The notes under the pieces: model-generated | What the model was told of the DNA's origin: nothing | Databases searched by the model: none | What the model saw: only the letters and a program-made list of their open reading frames with translations | Assembly: GCA_015680685.1 (NCBI GenBank) | Contig: MNCI01000808.1 | Location: 204,288 to 268,287 of the forward strand | Direction: 5' to 3' | Length of the DNA stretch: 64,000 nucleotides | Origin: Gnetum montanum | Taxonomy: Eukaryota > Plantae > Gnetophyta | Translations under genes and position numbers: made by a program | Part shown: positions 37,330-50,160 of the stretch, piece by piece | Position numbering within the stretch: the stretch's first letter is position 1 | How the letters are laid out: every line of letters starts with the position of its first letter

Positions 37330-38880
37330 AAAAAAAAAGAACATGAAAAATAGAACACATAGAATTTTCATGGTTTAGCAAGATCACCACTCATACACGG
37401 TCACACTAGAGTTTCATTATATATTTTGTAGATTATAACTATAAAAAAGTTTTAGAATGTTACATAAATATGCATCAAGAAATCATTCATAATCAAAATT
37501 GGCCTAGGACCTAATAATTTGGATCAGTCACCACATGACTCCAATAATCTTCCACTTGGAGACTAATCTAAGAAAAAATCCTCTTGAAACCTTTCTTCTC
37601 CCACGTACACCATCAAATTCTAGTTTGGTTCCTCCTCATCACTAATCATGGAGGCCTACTAAGGTTATGTAGAGCCTCAGCTTAGAAGTGGTGACCACCT
37701 TGGTTAACTTGTCTGTATGGTTCTTTGACCTAGGAATCTTACTCAATAGTAATGTCCCATCATATATTAACCCATGGATATGATGACACCTCAACTAAAT
37801 GTGTTTAGATCTAGAATAAAAAACTAGATTTCTAGCCAAATGTATGGTATTTTAACTATCATTGAAAAGCTTACTATTGTCCTGTGTCTTACCCAACTCT
37901 CTTAGAAGATCCTTCAATTAAGATATAGCCATATATTTTGCTTCTATTATTGAGAAAGCAACACTCTTCTAAAGTCAAGATAATCAACTCATAATAGTAC
38001 TACCCACAGTGAAAATATAACCAATGGTGCTCTTCTTGCTATCCAAATCACCTTCCAAATATGCATTAGAAAAACCCTATAGAGTAATGTTTCTTCTTTT
38101 AAAACAAAGTGTCATACTTGAAGTTCCTTTCAGATATCTCAAGAGCCACTTTATAGCTTCCCAATGCTTCCTTCCTAGATTGAACATGAACATGCTAACA
38201 ACTTCCACTACACATGCTATGTTAGGTCTAGTATAGATCATAGCATACATCAAACTTCCAAATAAAAGGGAAGGAAAATAACATCCCTTCACCTTTTGAC
38301 CATTCAACTTTTTTAATAGTCAACCCTTCAACTTCTATAATGGGAAACCTTTCAACTTCTATAATGGCTAACCCTTCAACTCTTGTAATGGTTGACACTT
38401 CAACTTCTATAATGGTTGACCCTTCAACTTTTATAACAGTTGATTGTTCAACTTCTATAATGGTTGACCCTTCAACTTTCGTAATGGTTGATCCTTCAAC
38501 TTTTGTAACAGTTGACACTTTAACTTCTGTAATGGTCAACCCTTCAACTTTTGTAATGGTTGATCCTTCAACTTTCAAACCTTTAACTTCTAAGGAATGA
38601 CTAATCCTTTAAGTTCTAGGAAATGAACCTTCAACTTTCAAGGAATACAAAGGAATTACGGCAACCAAAAAATAGAATTTGGGTCAGCATTCAAGAAAGG
38701 AAATTTGACGTCTAACTACTTTAGATGCAAATCATTAGTAGCCACAATACTCAACACTAATCTAATGGTAGTTAACTTTACTACATAAGAGAAAATCTCT
38801 ATGTAGTCAATTCCTCTTTTCTATTGGAAACCCTTAACTACTAACCTTGCATTGTATCTTTTGTTGTCATCATGTTGCTA
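37330..38880 (-). mobile_element. Ty1/copia (Tork/Tnt1-like) RT-RNase H, PPT and 3' LTR remnant
   Basis: RYNARLVVKGF...GIDYIEIFS...LDVK (38690-38870). GSLMYAMIYTRPNIA...HWEAIKWLLRYLKGT (38077). RH SRSKHI...TDKLTK. PPT gtctccaagtggaagat at about 37547-37563. Confidence 0.85.
38290..38580. repeat. 24-bp tandem repeat (~12 copies, ccttcaacttctataatggttgac) inside the copia RT
   Basis: Periodic unit, stop-free on both strands (KVEGSTII / VDPSTFVM repeats in the ORF track). Confidence 0.9.
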
Positions 38881-39799
38881 CCAATTTGTAGCCATTTCAA
38901 AGCGAATTTGTAGCCATTTATCATAGCCAATTTTCAGCCCCATTCATGGCCCAAAGATCCTATAAAAGCTAGCCTCCAAAACCATTTACAAGTTTACCAA
39001 CTTTTGCCATATAAGCAATTTCAATTGAAAAATTTTGTTCCAAAATTTTTAGCAACATTTTTCTCAATTCCAAACTTGGGGCATTATTATGCACTCAAGA
39101 GCTCTTATAAGTTTTCATACTTGCATTCTCTTGAACCCCAATGTGGAAGAATTGTAGCCTTAAGATTTGTGGATTTTGGGTGTCAACATTACACCTTTGG
39201 GATTTCCAAACCCTAATGTGAAGCAATCTAGCATCCAAATTTTCCACTTTTCTCAATTCCAACAGTGACCCAACTTGTAGATTTGAGGTTGGAGTAGTGA
39301 AGGAAGGTTTGATAGCATTAGGAGTGGCTTAGCACCAAAATCATGGAGCAGATCACATCATCTTCAATAGGCTTTGAACTCTTGCATAAGCGAACACCTT
39401 TTTTGCTCATATAGGCACCATTTTTATACATTGCTTTAACTTATTCTTTATTCTTTCTGAAATTTATTTTAAGTTTTAAGTTTTATGTTTAAAAATAGAT
39501 TTATTTTCTACGAATTATTCAGATCTATTTATATTCTGATGTTTCACATTTCATAAGTCCTTGGTTGATCTACTAGATCAGCCAAGGTGCCTTAAATCTC
39601 ATTTTTATCATGGAGGCCATGGGGATTTAGGGTTGAGAAATTGCTACACTGAGGATCCTTGGTTTTTCTAGCAATTAAGGTTTTTGGTCATAACAATTTT
39701 TCTTGGCATTAGAAGGAGGGCCTTTGCCTAAATTTTGTAACCAAGTCTATTCTTTTTATTACCATTTCAAGATTTTCCTTGGTTTTTTACAGCCAAAAC

Positions 39800-41005
39800 A
39801 TTTGAAGAATCAACACAAGTATTCCCCCCATGCTATTACCTTATCTTTTTCACTTTCTCTCTTCTGTTGCTCACCTTCTTCCTTAGCAACTTTCTCCAAT
39901 AGTCTTTGAATTTGATGGAACCTAAGTTGGATAGTCTCCATTGGGCATAAGTCCCAAGGGTTCTACTCATTTCATGCATAAGCCCATCCACGAGATGGCG
40001 TAGTTGATCCCTTTATGAATAATAATGGCTAGGACAATGGTGTAACAGTGCATAATATCGGCCCATGGCAGCATCCAAGGTTTCATGTCCTCCTTGTTTC
40101 CAGCCTTGGATTTGCTTTCGCAAGTTAGACACTTGGGAGTATGTTTGATACTTATTGTTGAATAATGCTAACATAGTACTCCACCTACAAATAGATTTCA
40201 GTTCTAAGGATAGGTACTAGCTTTCTACTTCTTTAAATAGTGTCTACAAAGATTTTTTCTTTCATTCTCTATGTTTTTTAAGGCACACACATCATGGATT
40301 GATTGTAAATGATTCTGAGGATCAGAGTTGTATCCCCCATCAAATCATGGGATATTGTTCATATCTAATCTCTTGATCCTACTATCTTTCTAGTGCCTTG
40401 TTGGAATTCTAACAGCCTTAGTTATGTCTAACATACTTTGAGTAGTGAGTAGAGGTTCATTGTGATCGTCTCTTCCATGGCGTCTATGATACCTACGTTG
40501 TTCCCTACTCTCCCTTCTTCTATGTCATGAATCTATAAAGTGCCCTGATCCCCTTTCCTGGCTGTTTCGTCTATGACTTCCACTTTTCCTACCTTCATCC
40601 CCATGGTCTTTTCCTTTATGACTATGTCTGAATACTGAAGGAGAGGGTGAAGGAGATGATGAAGATGATGAAGAAGAAGAATCATCACCATAACAGTGTC
40701 TGCTACCTTCTCTTCTACAGTCTCGGCCCCGATCACGATTGTGATCAAAATCTCCACCTTTATCATGAGCTTGAGGGACTAGCGAATTAACGTCATGCAT
40801 ATTACGCCACTGACTGTTTCCTATTTCAGACCTAGGTGATGAGGCCCTTTTGTATGAAGAAGAAGAAATACTTGTCTATTTAGTGTGCAATGTACTCTTG
40901 TTTATTATTTCCTCAATCAACCCTAAGGGTTCATTCCAATGATGTGAATGATTTCCTATGTTCTAGTTAGCACACAAACAACTAAGTCCCCAGCAACAGC
41001 ACCAA
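39800..41005 (-). mobile_element. Athila-type PBS, 5' UTR and decayed gag
   Basis: PBS ttggtgctgttgctgggga (minus strand, 40987-41005). R/D/S-rich N-terminus (40525-40800). Gag core LRNHLQSIHDVC...KQGGHETLDAAMGRY...CPSH. Confidence 0.75.
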
Positions 41006-41951
41006 TGATGAGCGGTGAGTTACCCCTACGCTTAACCATACGAATACAAGTGTTTCATGCATGATCTGGTTGAATTCTAAGGACTAAGTGCCTATGTGCC
41101 TTTGTGGAACAAGGACGGGTTGGTTGATTATTTTCTTCCCAAACGTACTTGTATGTCATGATTGTATGGTTAAGTAAGCTTGAGGAATATGATTTTTATA
41201 GCTGTTATGTTTTTATGTCCTACTACTAATAAGGGAGGCGAGAGAGAGAGATAACTAAGTGACTAATTTAACTTAACTTCTGATTAACTAGGCTTTAAAC
41301 TAATCTTAACACTAGTATCTATTCTCGCTTACCATGCACATCCTGAACTAGTGCAACACTACTGGGATTACCAAACGCTAATCATTACTGGGTTGCCAAG
41401 TGTTACATGCATGCTCGAAGTTATTGTATTGTGTGTGCTAATAATAGAAATGTAAAGTGCATAAAATAAAATAAAATAAATGCAGAAGAAAATAAAATAA
41501 AAGAAATTAGTAAGAAAACAAATCTCAAGTGCTGCAAGGATGAATCCAAGAGCTTGTCTCTATTGTTGTACAGAAGGTGTGCTTAGGTACAAAATGCTCA
41601 AATAAAGATCTGTCCACACTTAGACCTCCTGTTGTGGGCACTTGGAAAATACTCTAACATAACTCCTAAAATACTTCTCTAAGATTTCCCTTGAAAGACT
41701 TCCTTCCAAGACTTCTTTTCTGACTTCCCCCTATTGTGTGCTTGGGCACTGTATTTATAGGCTTGGGAGCAACTACTCTAATAATTACAAAAAATGCCAC
41801 TCTAATTTTAGAGAAACTGCCCCTCTAATTTTAGAGAGAAACTACCACTCTAATTTTAGAGAGACTACCCCTCTAATAATAACCATTCTAACAATTAGAG
41901 TAATTGCTCTAATAATAACCACTCTAATTATTAGAGTACCTGCCCTCATCA
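41006..41951 (-). mobile_element. Athila-type 5' LTR (946 bp), sister family of the GATATC LTRs, with a CTCTAATTTTAGAG array in U3
   Basis: TGATGAG/CTCATCA termini. U5 end similar to 19639. ctataaata at about 41752-41760. Palindromic repeats at 41772-41938. Confidence 0.85.
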
Positions 41952-42490
41952 GATATAAAACTTTAACAAAATACCTTATAAAGTTTGTGTAGAAAATGAA
42001 CAACAAAAATAATCATAATAGCAATAACAATAATAATGTAATCCTAATATTTAACCAATAATATTAGAGCTAATCTATTGAAATACATTTGAGAGAATTA
42101 AGGAATTAATCACATGCATAAATTAAATAACTAAACCTATGTAATTTTTATGTTGTAAAATGCATCTAATAATATTAAAGAATTAATCCCATGCATTGAA
42201 TTAAATAAATAAAACTTTACAAATTTTTAGGTTCTGATGATAACTTAGCATTGCCCACTAGAATTAAACCCATGACTTGAAGCTTTCAAATCAAGAATCT
42301 TTAAAAAATTAACAATATAATATAATATACTAACATCCTAACTTCCTATAATATACAAACCTCTACATGAGTCCATAACCCATGATTGAAAAAAAATCCA
42401 AGTAATTATATGCAAACAAACAAATAATAATGCTAAACAACTTCCAAAACTAGATTTCCTATACTCTGATGTGGACATCAAACTGGGCAA

Positions 42491-43548
42491 TGTAACATCT
42501 CTCTATCGATGGGATCTTTGCCACGAGTTTTTGAATGTTTGAAAATATTTTGGGATTATTTTGATGACTTTAGGATGTTCTGAGGGCTATGGGAACTTCT
42601 TTGGAGGTGTTTATAGGTTCTAGGCCTCAAAACAAGTATCTTTATATTTTGACCTTGCAGACGAGACATTCCAACTACAAGTGAGACAATCCATCTATGT
42701 TGTAGATGTACCTAATAAGATGTCCCACATGATTTGAAGATGTCTACACTGATATCCCCTACACTCAAGATAGACATCTCCTATTTTTCATAGACACCTC
42801 ACAAAACTTTTAATGAACGTTAAATTAAATGATAAATTAGAGGAAAGATGAAGAGACGGAGGGGAAAAAGATATAAATAGACTTCTTGGGCCTTCAATTT
42901 GATCAAGAGAGTCAAAAGAAAGTTTAGATAGAGAAAGAGAGAGTGTAGGAAGTTGAGAGAAGAGTAGAATGAGAGATGGAGTCTTGGTAAAACATCATGA
43001 TGATCATCCTTGTATGTTTGATTGCTTTGATTGAGTGTATGAGAGTTGGATTGAATTCATTATCTATCCTTGGGAATTATGCTTCCTCTCATATGTAAAT
43101 TCTCAATTTTCTTTTCTTGTTCAAATTTGTTATTTTGTGACTTTGTGAGAGTTATGAATCCATGAGAGCTCCTCATCATACTCACATCCAAAAGACACTC
43201 ATTTCTCCTATCCTAAGTAATTATAGCTTTCAAAGGTATTTTTTTCATGATAGTAATTATATTCTCTAGAAGAATAACATATAGTTTAAAAATAGTTTCC
43301 CCCCTGCTATCCTAACCATCCTATCTATCATGCACCAACATACCCCCTAGGCCTACTCTCGAGTTTTGAATGGTATCACACATAATAGGATACGTACAAA
43401 ATGAAACAATTTCAATACCTACTATTCCCCTATCCCACCCCTACCTTCCAACTCTCACAATCCCTCCTCCCTTCCTCCTTTCTCTCTCCCATCTCTTATA
43501 GAATTCCAAAGATGATAAGCTTGCTCTTGACTTATGAATGATGTTACA
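42491..43548 (+). mobile_element. Candidate solo LTR
   Basis: Perfect 9-bp inverted termini TGTAACATC...GATGTTACA, with an internal tataaatag (42872) followed by a GA-rich tract. The flanking 5-mers (ggcaa/cctat) do not match. Confidence 0.35.
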
Positions 43549-43939
43549 CCTATAAATAGAAACCCTCCAAATGAAATATCTAAGACTACTTATATTGTAA
43601 TTTTTATACTAACTACCTACTACCCACTTCTCCTATTTCAACAATTCAAGAACCAAACAATCTAAGAAATACTATAATTTGTATACCTGTCCACCCTCTC
43701 CCATAACTAACTTAGCTAGTAGAGTCCCTAATAACCAACAACTAAAAACTATCCACTACTCTCCCCTTCCTAATGAATGAACTATCCTAACAAAATAATA
43801 AAAATTTAAAAAATAAAATAAAGTAACAAAAATAAAATAAAGTAATAAAGGAAAAGTAACATAAAATTAAATATTCAAAAAAATAAGAATACAAAAAACA
43901 CATAAAAGAGTAACTAACAATAATATATGTAAACAATGA

Positions 43940-44011
43940 GGTGTTAGCCTAGTAGTACAAGTCTTGGCCTAGTAACCCCGGGTTACAAGTTTGATTCTAC
44001 TAGGTAACATT
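43940..44011 (+). pseudogene. Degenerate tRNA-like sequence (tRNA pseudogene or SINE head)
   Basis: A-box-like TAGCCTAGTAG, B-box-like AGTTTGATTC and a gtgtt/aacat acceptor-like stem over about 72 nt. Too decayed to assign an anticodon. Confidence 0.45.
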
Positions 44012-44539
44012 GAGTTATAAAATTATATAAAAATATTGGAATATATATATATGTTTCAATTATTTTGGATTCCTAACACCCCTAATAATAATATATGTAT
44101 ATCCACCTAGAATTTGTATATTCACTATCCTATAGCCCCTACTATTGATTTTTGCAAATGTAAGATATAAAAGAAATAAAAAATAATGTAACAACCTAAC
44201 ATATGCTATAATTTTAATATAAAATACTTATTTCTTTCATCCCTCTCCTCTCCACACATCCCCTCCCCACCTATTTCCCCACAACTAACCTAAGAACTAT
44301 TGTAATAACTCTAACCAATGCCCCCAATATTTAAAGGGCATTTTTCCTTCTCTTATAAATAAGTAGTCTACAAGTGAATGTAAATAAACTTAATTGATGA
44401 TCTGAAGTACACGAAATAACTATTGTAACTTCCATTTTAAATGTACCAATGTGTAAAGAGAGGATTCTTTTAAATATTTGAATCTCATTTATATGAACAA
44501 TTACATGCAGAGGAAGTGCGTCAAAGAAAAAACAAGTGT

Positions 44540-45415
44540 AATGATTTAGGCATTTCAACTTGAAAGGATAGAAAATTAATTTTTTAGACTATCATCTATG
44601 CTATTTTATTGTATGGATGTGTCATTTGGGGACCTAGACTTAGTACTAAACTTTGGAAAGATATTTAAAAAGTGCAAAAAAATTTTCTTCTCGATGAGTT
44701 AAATGTGTAGATGCAAACACCTTAATGTTATTATATGAATATGATTTATTACCTTTCGAAGTAGAAGCCTTATGTCAATTCATTACATACACTCATAGGT
44801 TGCATATCTCAAGGAACGACAAATTCTCTAAGGCAATTCTTGAGGATTTGAAAAATCATGATTGGTATTTTTAGGGGATGCAATGGTTAGGAAAATGAAA
44901 TCTCTTGGGTGGATGTGGAGGATAATATTAAGCATATTTGCCAACTAGTCAAGAAAAAGGTTTAAACACAAATGTGGACTAATGTGAAAGGCAAGAGGAA
45001 ATTTTATTTACACCACATTATATATAATAAATAAGGTGTAGAAGCTCACTATCTCTTAGCTACTATTCCATTCCAGTATCACAATGGTATTAGTAAGCTT
45101 CACTTAAGTTTCATCTTCTTAGAATTAAAAGTAGAATATGGATTCAACCCCTCTAGGAAGAGTACATTTGTAGGTTGTGCATATTAAGAGTCCTTTAAAA
45201 TGAATTCCATGTATTTTTTTCTTATGCTTTAACTACCTATTTGAGACAACATTATAATGTTATAGCAAAAAACCTATATGATTTGTTTGTAATGCTCCCA
45301 ATGATGCTTGATCAATTTGTAGAGTTTATCTTTATTTCTCATGAAAATGTCATATCTATCCAATACATCCTAAGGGTCTTCAAATGTAATAAAGCTTTAT
45401 TTCATTTTATAAATA
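44540..45415 (+). mobile_element. 5'-truncated LINE fragment, related to the LINE at 46850-50160
   Basis: ILLYGCVIWG...YLPFEVEALCQFI...YICRLC...NEFHVFF is collinear with 49330-49960. Ends with aataaag. Confidence 0.7.
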
Positions 45416-45491
45416 TCTAGCATAGTCTTGAATCTACATGTAAAAAAAAACTATTTTAGGATATGAACTCACCTAGTAACTATTCTTTATA

Positions 45492-45660
45492 CAAAAAGGA
45501 TAATCACCCATAGCCTCAATGCTCATCCTATAAAGCAAGGTCCTAGAGGGTTTATGGATGATCAAAAGCCTAATCTCTTTGAGTAACTACATCCAAGCTT
45601 GAACACAAGTCTTTGACTTAAGAAACAAGCATCTTAACATCACTCCAAATGACAACTCCT
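45492..45660 (-). mobile_element. tRNA-derived SINE (Au-SINE-like) with target-site duplication
   Basis: TSD cta(g/c)taactattctttata at 45473-45491 and 45661-45679. A/B-box remnants (ttggagtgatgt; gtgttcaagc) on the minus strand, and a T-tail. Confidence 0.75.
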
Positions 45661-46849
45661 CTACTAACTATTCTTTATATGACCTATAAATGCATACTTA
45701 AACAACACTATTTTCTCCTGCAAAACTTCTTCCACAGCCTTGAATTTATAACCAATGTGCATCTCATATCCAAAACTGAACCTCTTTGAAAATCCTAAGC
45801 TTGCCATTAGTGAATAAAAAAACTAATGAAAAGAGAAAACTCCTAGGAAATTTTTAAATCCTCTTCCTTTGAAATGCCGAAACACTAAAAGCCTATTTTA
45901 CATTATACCCTATGAATATACAAGGGTGTTAAATAAAATTATATCTAAATATCTTCCTACAAACTCTATATTTTTAAAACACATTAAAACTTAATTTCTA
46001 TGGTTTGATGCAATTCCCTTATATTGCAAACAAGCACTTCTTAAAAATTTGATTCAAGTATGTCATTGATTTTTGTGAAAAGTTATTTTCATAATTTCTT
46101 GAATTTTGAAAAATATGAGTTAAGATTTCTATCAATCCATTTTTTCTTCTTAAAATTCAAATCTTTGATTTAATGATATACAACTGTCTCTATCATTCAT
46201 CAGTGATTTTTTATTTATGTTTTCGATACACCATTGTGATACGATTCATGTATATTTTACATTTATTTTTTAAGATTTTATTTTAATATTTTAGGAGTTT
46301 TTGATTTTATAATAAATTTAGATTTTTCATATGATGATACATAAGAAAATTAGGGTTTCTATTCAATAATTTATAATTTCAAGAAATTTTAAGATGTAAA
46401 TCACGCATGTTTGTTATTTTGTTTGGGAATTTATTTTTGATCACAAATGTTTTACAGTTTTTATAAATTATTTTTGAGATTTCAAGAGTATTTGATTTTA
46501 TGTTCAATTGGGATTTTTTGTTTAATGATACCCAAAAAATTAGGGTTTTGTTACTCAATAATTTGTAATCCATTTATTTTTATTTTCTTAAGATGAGGAT
46601 CTTTAACTTAATGATCTTCCATTGCCTGCATATTGTAACATCACCCTATGAAATTTGGAATTCTCTCATATATCAGGGATTTTTTATTATTAATAAATGT
46701 AGATTTTATAGGTCTGATTTAGGTATGTTTTGCACTTTTTCTAAAAATTAGTTTTTGGATTTTAGAGGTATTTGATTGAATGATAAATTTCCTTGATGTA
46801 AATTTCCTTCCTCCTCTCATTTCACTTTTATTGGGCATCAAGGTAACTC

Positions 46850-49800
46850 TTGCATTGATCTTTTCTTGTCTACTCATGATAATATAGATGTAGTGAAAAA
46901 CCTTCAAGTGGAGGAAAAACTTCCAAAATCTTCTCATCATTACCTAAAATTTACTATTCTTTCTTCCATTCTTCATATTCAATATAAGAAATGTAGAACT
47001 CATTGTCTCACAAAAGATCTTTATTGGGAGTTTTCAACAACAGTCATTAATATATTGGTCAACAATGACAATGTGGTAAATTTGACTAATGTTATTTTGT
47101 CTATAACTGCTCAGGTACAAACTAAGAAGAAGCCTCCTTGCAAGAACCCTTGATTTTATGTGGACTATTTGACATTTTGTAAAGATGTTATAACTTTACA
47201 TTTTGATGTTTCAATGTTGAAGAATTCTAGAAAGCTTATTTGTTTTAGAAAAACTAAGTTCATTAAAGAAGATTAAGAAGCAATGATTCATGAGATCCAC
47301 TCAAATCCAAAGAGAATTTGAAATTTATTCTAAGAAAAATAGCAACATGGTTGGGATTTTTCATTATCTACTATTCAAACTTTCTTCATTGACCTTTTTA
47401 ATCCAGAGGTTTCCCCTACTATGCAACATAACTCTAGTGTTCTTGAGTTATCCCTTGATGATGTTTCTATAGAAATTAAAAGATTATCTTCTCAAAAATA
47501 TGCTAATGTTAATGAATTATATGCATATCTTCTTAAATGGGGTGGTCCATTGGTGTGGAAAGTAACCTACAATCTTCTTGATAAAGGTCTTTAGCATGGT
47601 TTGAATTACTCTTGGTGTTCTAGTTAAGAGGCCTTGCTTTTTAGAAAAGGAGATAGGGCATATCTTAATAATTATTGATTCATTATAATCAATTTAGTTT
47701 TCACTAAGCTTTTGGGCACTATTTTGGAGAATAAAATTAGTTCATAACCAAAAATGCAAGGTCTTCGTGCTTAACCACAAGTAGGCTTTAGGAGGAATCA
47801 TTCTACTATAGACCATCTAATAACTTTACATTATTACATAGAGAAAGAAAAAAGGCCCAACCATATAACTTTCAATTATTTTGTTAATTTCTCCAAGGCT
47901 TATGATTCTATTACTTGAGATATACTTAGGAAGAGATTGGATAGAAATTAACAATCCACAAGATCTCTTCTTTTACTGCTAAAAGAATTTATAAGATAGT
48001 TAACTTTCTAATTGAAGATAACCTTACTAGAGAAGGAAGAATTATCAATAGCTCATTTGGAGTTAAGAAAGGCTATCCTTTGTCCCCAACCCTTTTTGGC
48101 ATATTTAGATATGAATTGAAGGAATGAATGAAAAATGTCTCTAATCATGATATATCAGTTAATGGGCTACTTTTAAACATGCTTCTCATTGCAGATGATG
48201 TGGACTTAATTGCAAAATTAGCTATATGATTAAATTATATGCTTCAAATTCTCCATGACTATTACAACCATTTGAGTATGAAAGAAAATATTGATAATAT
48301 TAAAATTTGATGAGTCATGAATTGTTGGCTGTGATATTACGTACGCGATATCATAGCCTAGATGCGATATCACGTACGCGATATCCCATCCTGTCTCCTC
48401 ATCTATAAATAAGAGGTAGGAAAATTGAGTTTTTTAAGTTTTAAGTTTTAAGTTTTAGTATTAAGGTAGGAACGTTTTGTTAGTTTTTCCTCTCAACCCT
48501 TTCTCCTAGACGTACTTGGACACGCACATGACCAGTAATAAAGATCGAGATTACTTCATCATTGCAGCATCCACTTAGCTTAATTATTTAATTTTTATTA
48601 TTATTTATTACTTTCTTAGTTAATATCTCTCTACCCTTATCTCCTAGTAATGCGGAATGAGTACAACTTAATCACGAGCATTTAAGTGTGACTACTTGGT
48701 AACCTAGTAGCGTACCTAGGCCATGCACTTGGTAATCCTAGTGGTAGTCATGCATGAGGTCCAAGATGTGTATGGATGATTAAGGAACATATACTCATCA
48801 CACTTTAGCTAGTTAAGATTCTCTCTCATCCTCTCTTCTAACTTAGTTGATATTATTTCCCATCATACCCAAGAGTAGCATTAGTGTAGGAACACATCAT
48901 ACACCTCACTTTATACTAAACCATATGTGACAAGGCTAATACTAGTCCAAGTGGGAAGACAGTGAACTACGATCTACAAGTAACTATCTAGATACCACAA
49001 CTAGTCCATCTATGAAGTTCAAATGGATCGTGTGTGAAGTGCTCGTATTCATATGGTTGAGTGTAGGGGTACCTCACCACTCATCAAAATTCTAATTTTT
49101 TTTACTAGAAATAGAAATTTCAATTTTTTCTTTGGAGAAAAAGGAATCAATATATGTGAATCTTATACATATTTAGAAGTTGAATTTTCCAATAATTATA
49201 GTTGAAATAGCCTTATTGCTCAAAGGATTTTAAGTTGCATGCAAGATTTATTTACTCTAAGAAATAATTGTAGTAGGAAACAAATTTTAGCATAGAAGAT
49301 TAGAAGAAAAATTTTTCATAGTCTTGTCCAACCTATATTATTATATGTATTGCTTGGGAACCTTCTCGTTTCATACATAATTGAAAAAAAGTAGAGCATG
49401 TTCAAAAATAATTTTTTGTATGTGAGTTTCAGGTGAAAATGCAAACTTCTTATGATATGTTACTTTTAGAAGCAGATTTTCTTCCTCTTGAAGTTAAAAC
49501 GCTTTGTCAATTTATTCCTTTTACTTAGAAGTTAAGTCACATGGAGCAAGTTAATTATGCCAAGGAGATAATGAATGTTACATAAGAAAATGAATGCTTG
49601 CACCAAGGAAAATTATGGCTTTAGTTATGGAATATTGCATAAAGGATTTTCCTTTAAATAAAAGGTTCTTCCAAAATAATATAGAAGAAAAAGACTTGGC
49701 TAAAGTTTGGCTAAACACATCAAGGGAAAATCATTTTTATTTACATTCCATTAGAGAAGGTTTGTTATCTAGTACTCAATAGTATTTATTCTCAGCTATT

Positions 49801-50160
49801 CTTATTCATTTAAATAATAAAATTGCTAGAGCAAGAATAAGCTCCCATCATCTCCTTATTGAGATAGGTCATTGAATAATTACCAAGATAAGAGTGTATT
49901 TGCAGACTGTGCAAATAGAGCATAGAAGATGAAGATCATATTTTTTTATTTTGTCCATCTTTGACTCACATTTGATTCAATTATACTATTAATTGTAATC
50001 TACTGATTACTTTCTTTCATATTGACCCTATCTACTTGCTGCATTACATCAATTATGTTTTCAACTATCTTCAAAACTATGTTAAGGTATTGTAAATATC
50101 CAACAATTCCTTTGTAATTTCTTGGACATAATAAAAATTTCTAGTTTATAGTTTCTAGTT
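46850..50160 (+). mobile_element. Decayed LINE (APE remnant, RT, C-terminal CCHC-type finger; RTEX/L2-like C-terminus), interrupted by a solo LTR
   Basis: QVGFRRNHSTIDHL, FVNFSKAYDSI, GVKKGYPLSPTLFGI, LIADDV, YTYLEVEF; C-terminal RISSHHLLIEIG...CRLC...EDEDHIFLFCP. Confidence 0.85.
48308..49086 (+). mobile_element. Athila-type solo LTR (779 bp) with AAATT TSD
   Basis: aaatt|TGATGAG...CTCATCA|aaatt. Lacks about 50 bp present in the copy at 51865. Confidence 0.95.

Noticed and set aside
38228-38600. Repeat proteins (KVEGSTII)n / (VDPSTFVM)n
   Set aside because: They are a by-product of a stop-free 24-bp minisatellite, with no promoter or other evidence of coding.
43940-44011. Functional tRNA gene
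   Set aside because: The A and B boxes are mutated and the stems are imperfect, so it is kept only as a tRNA-like remnant.
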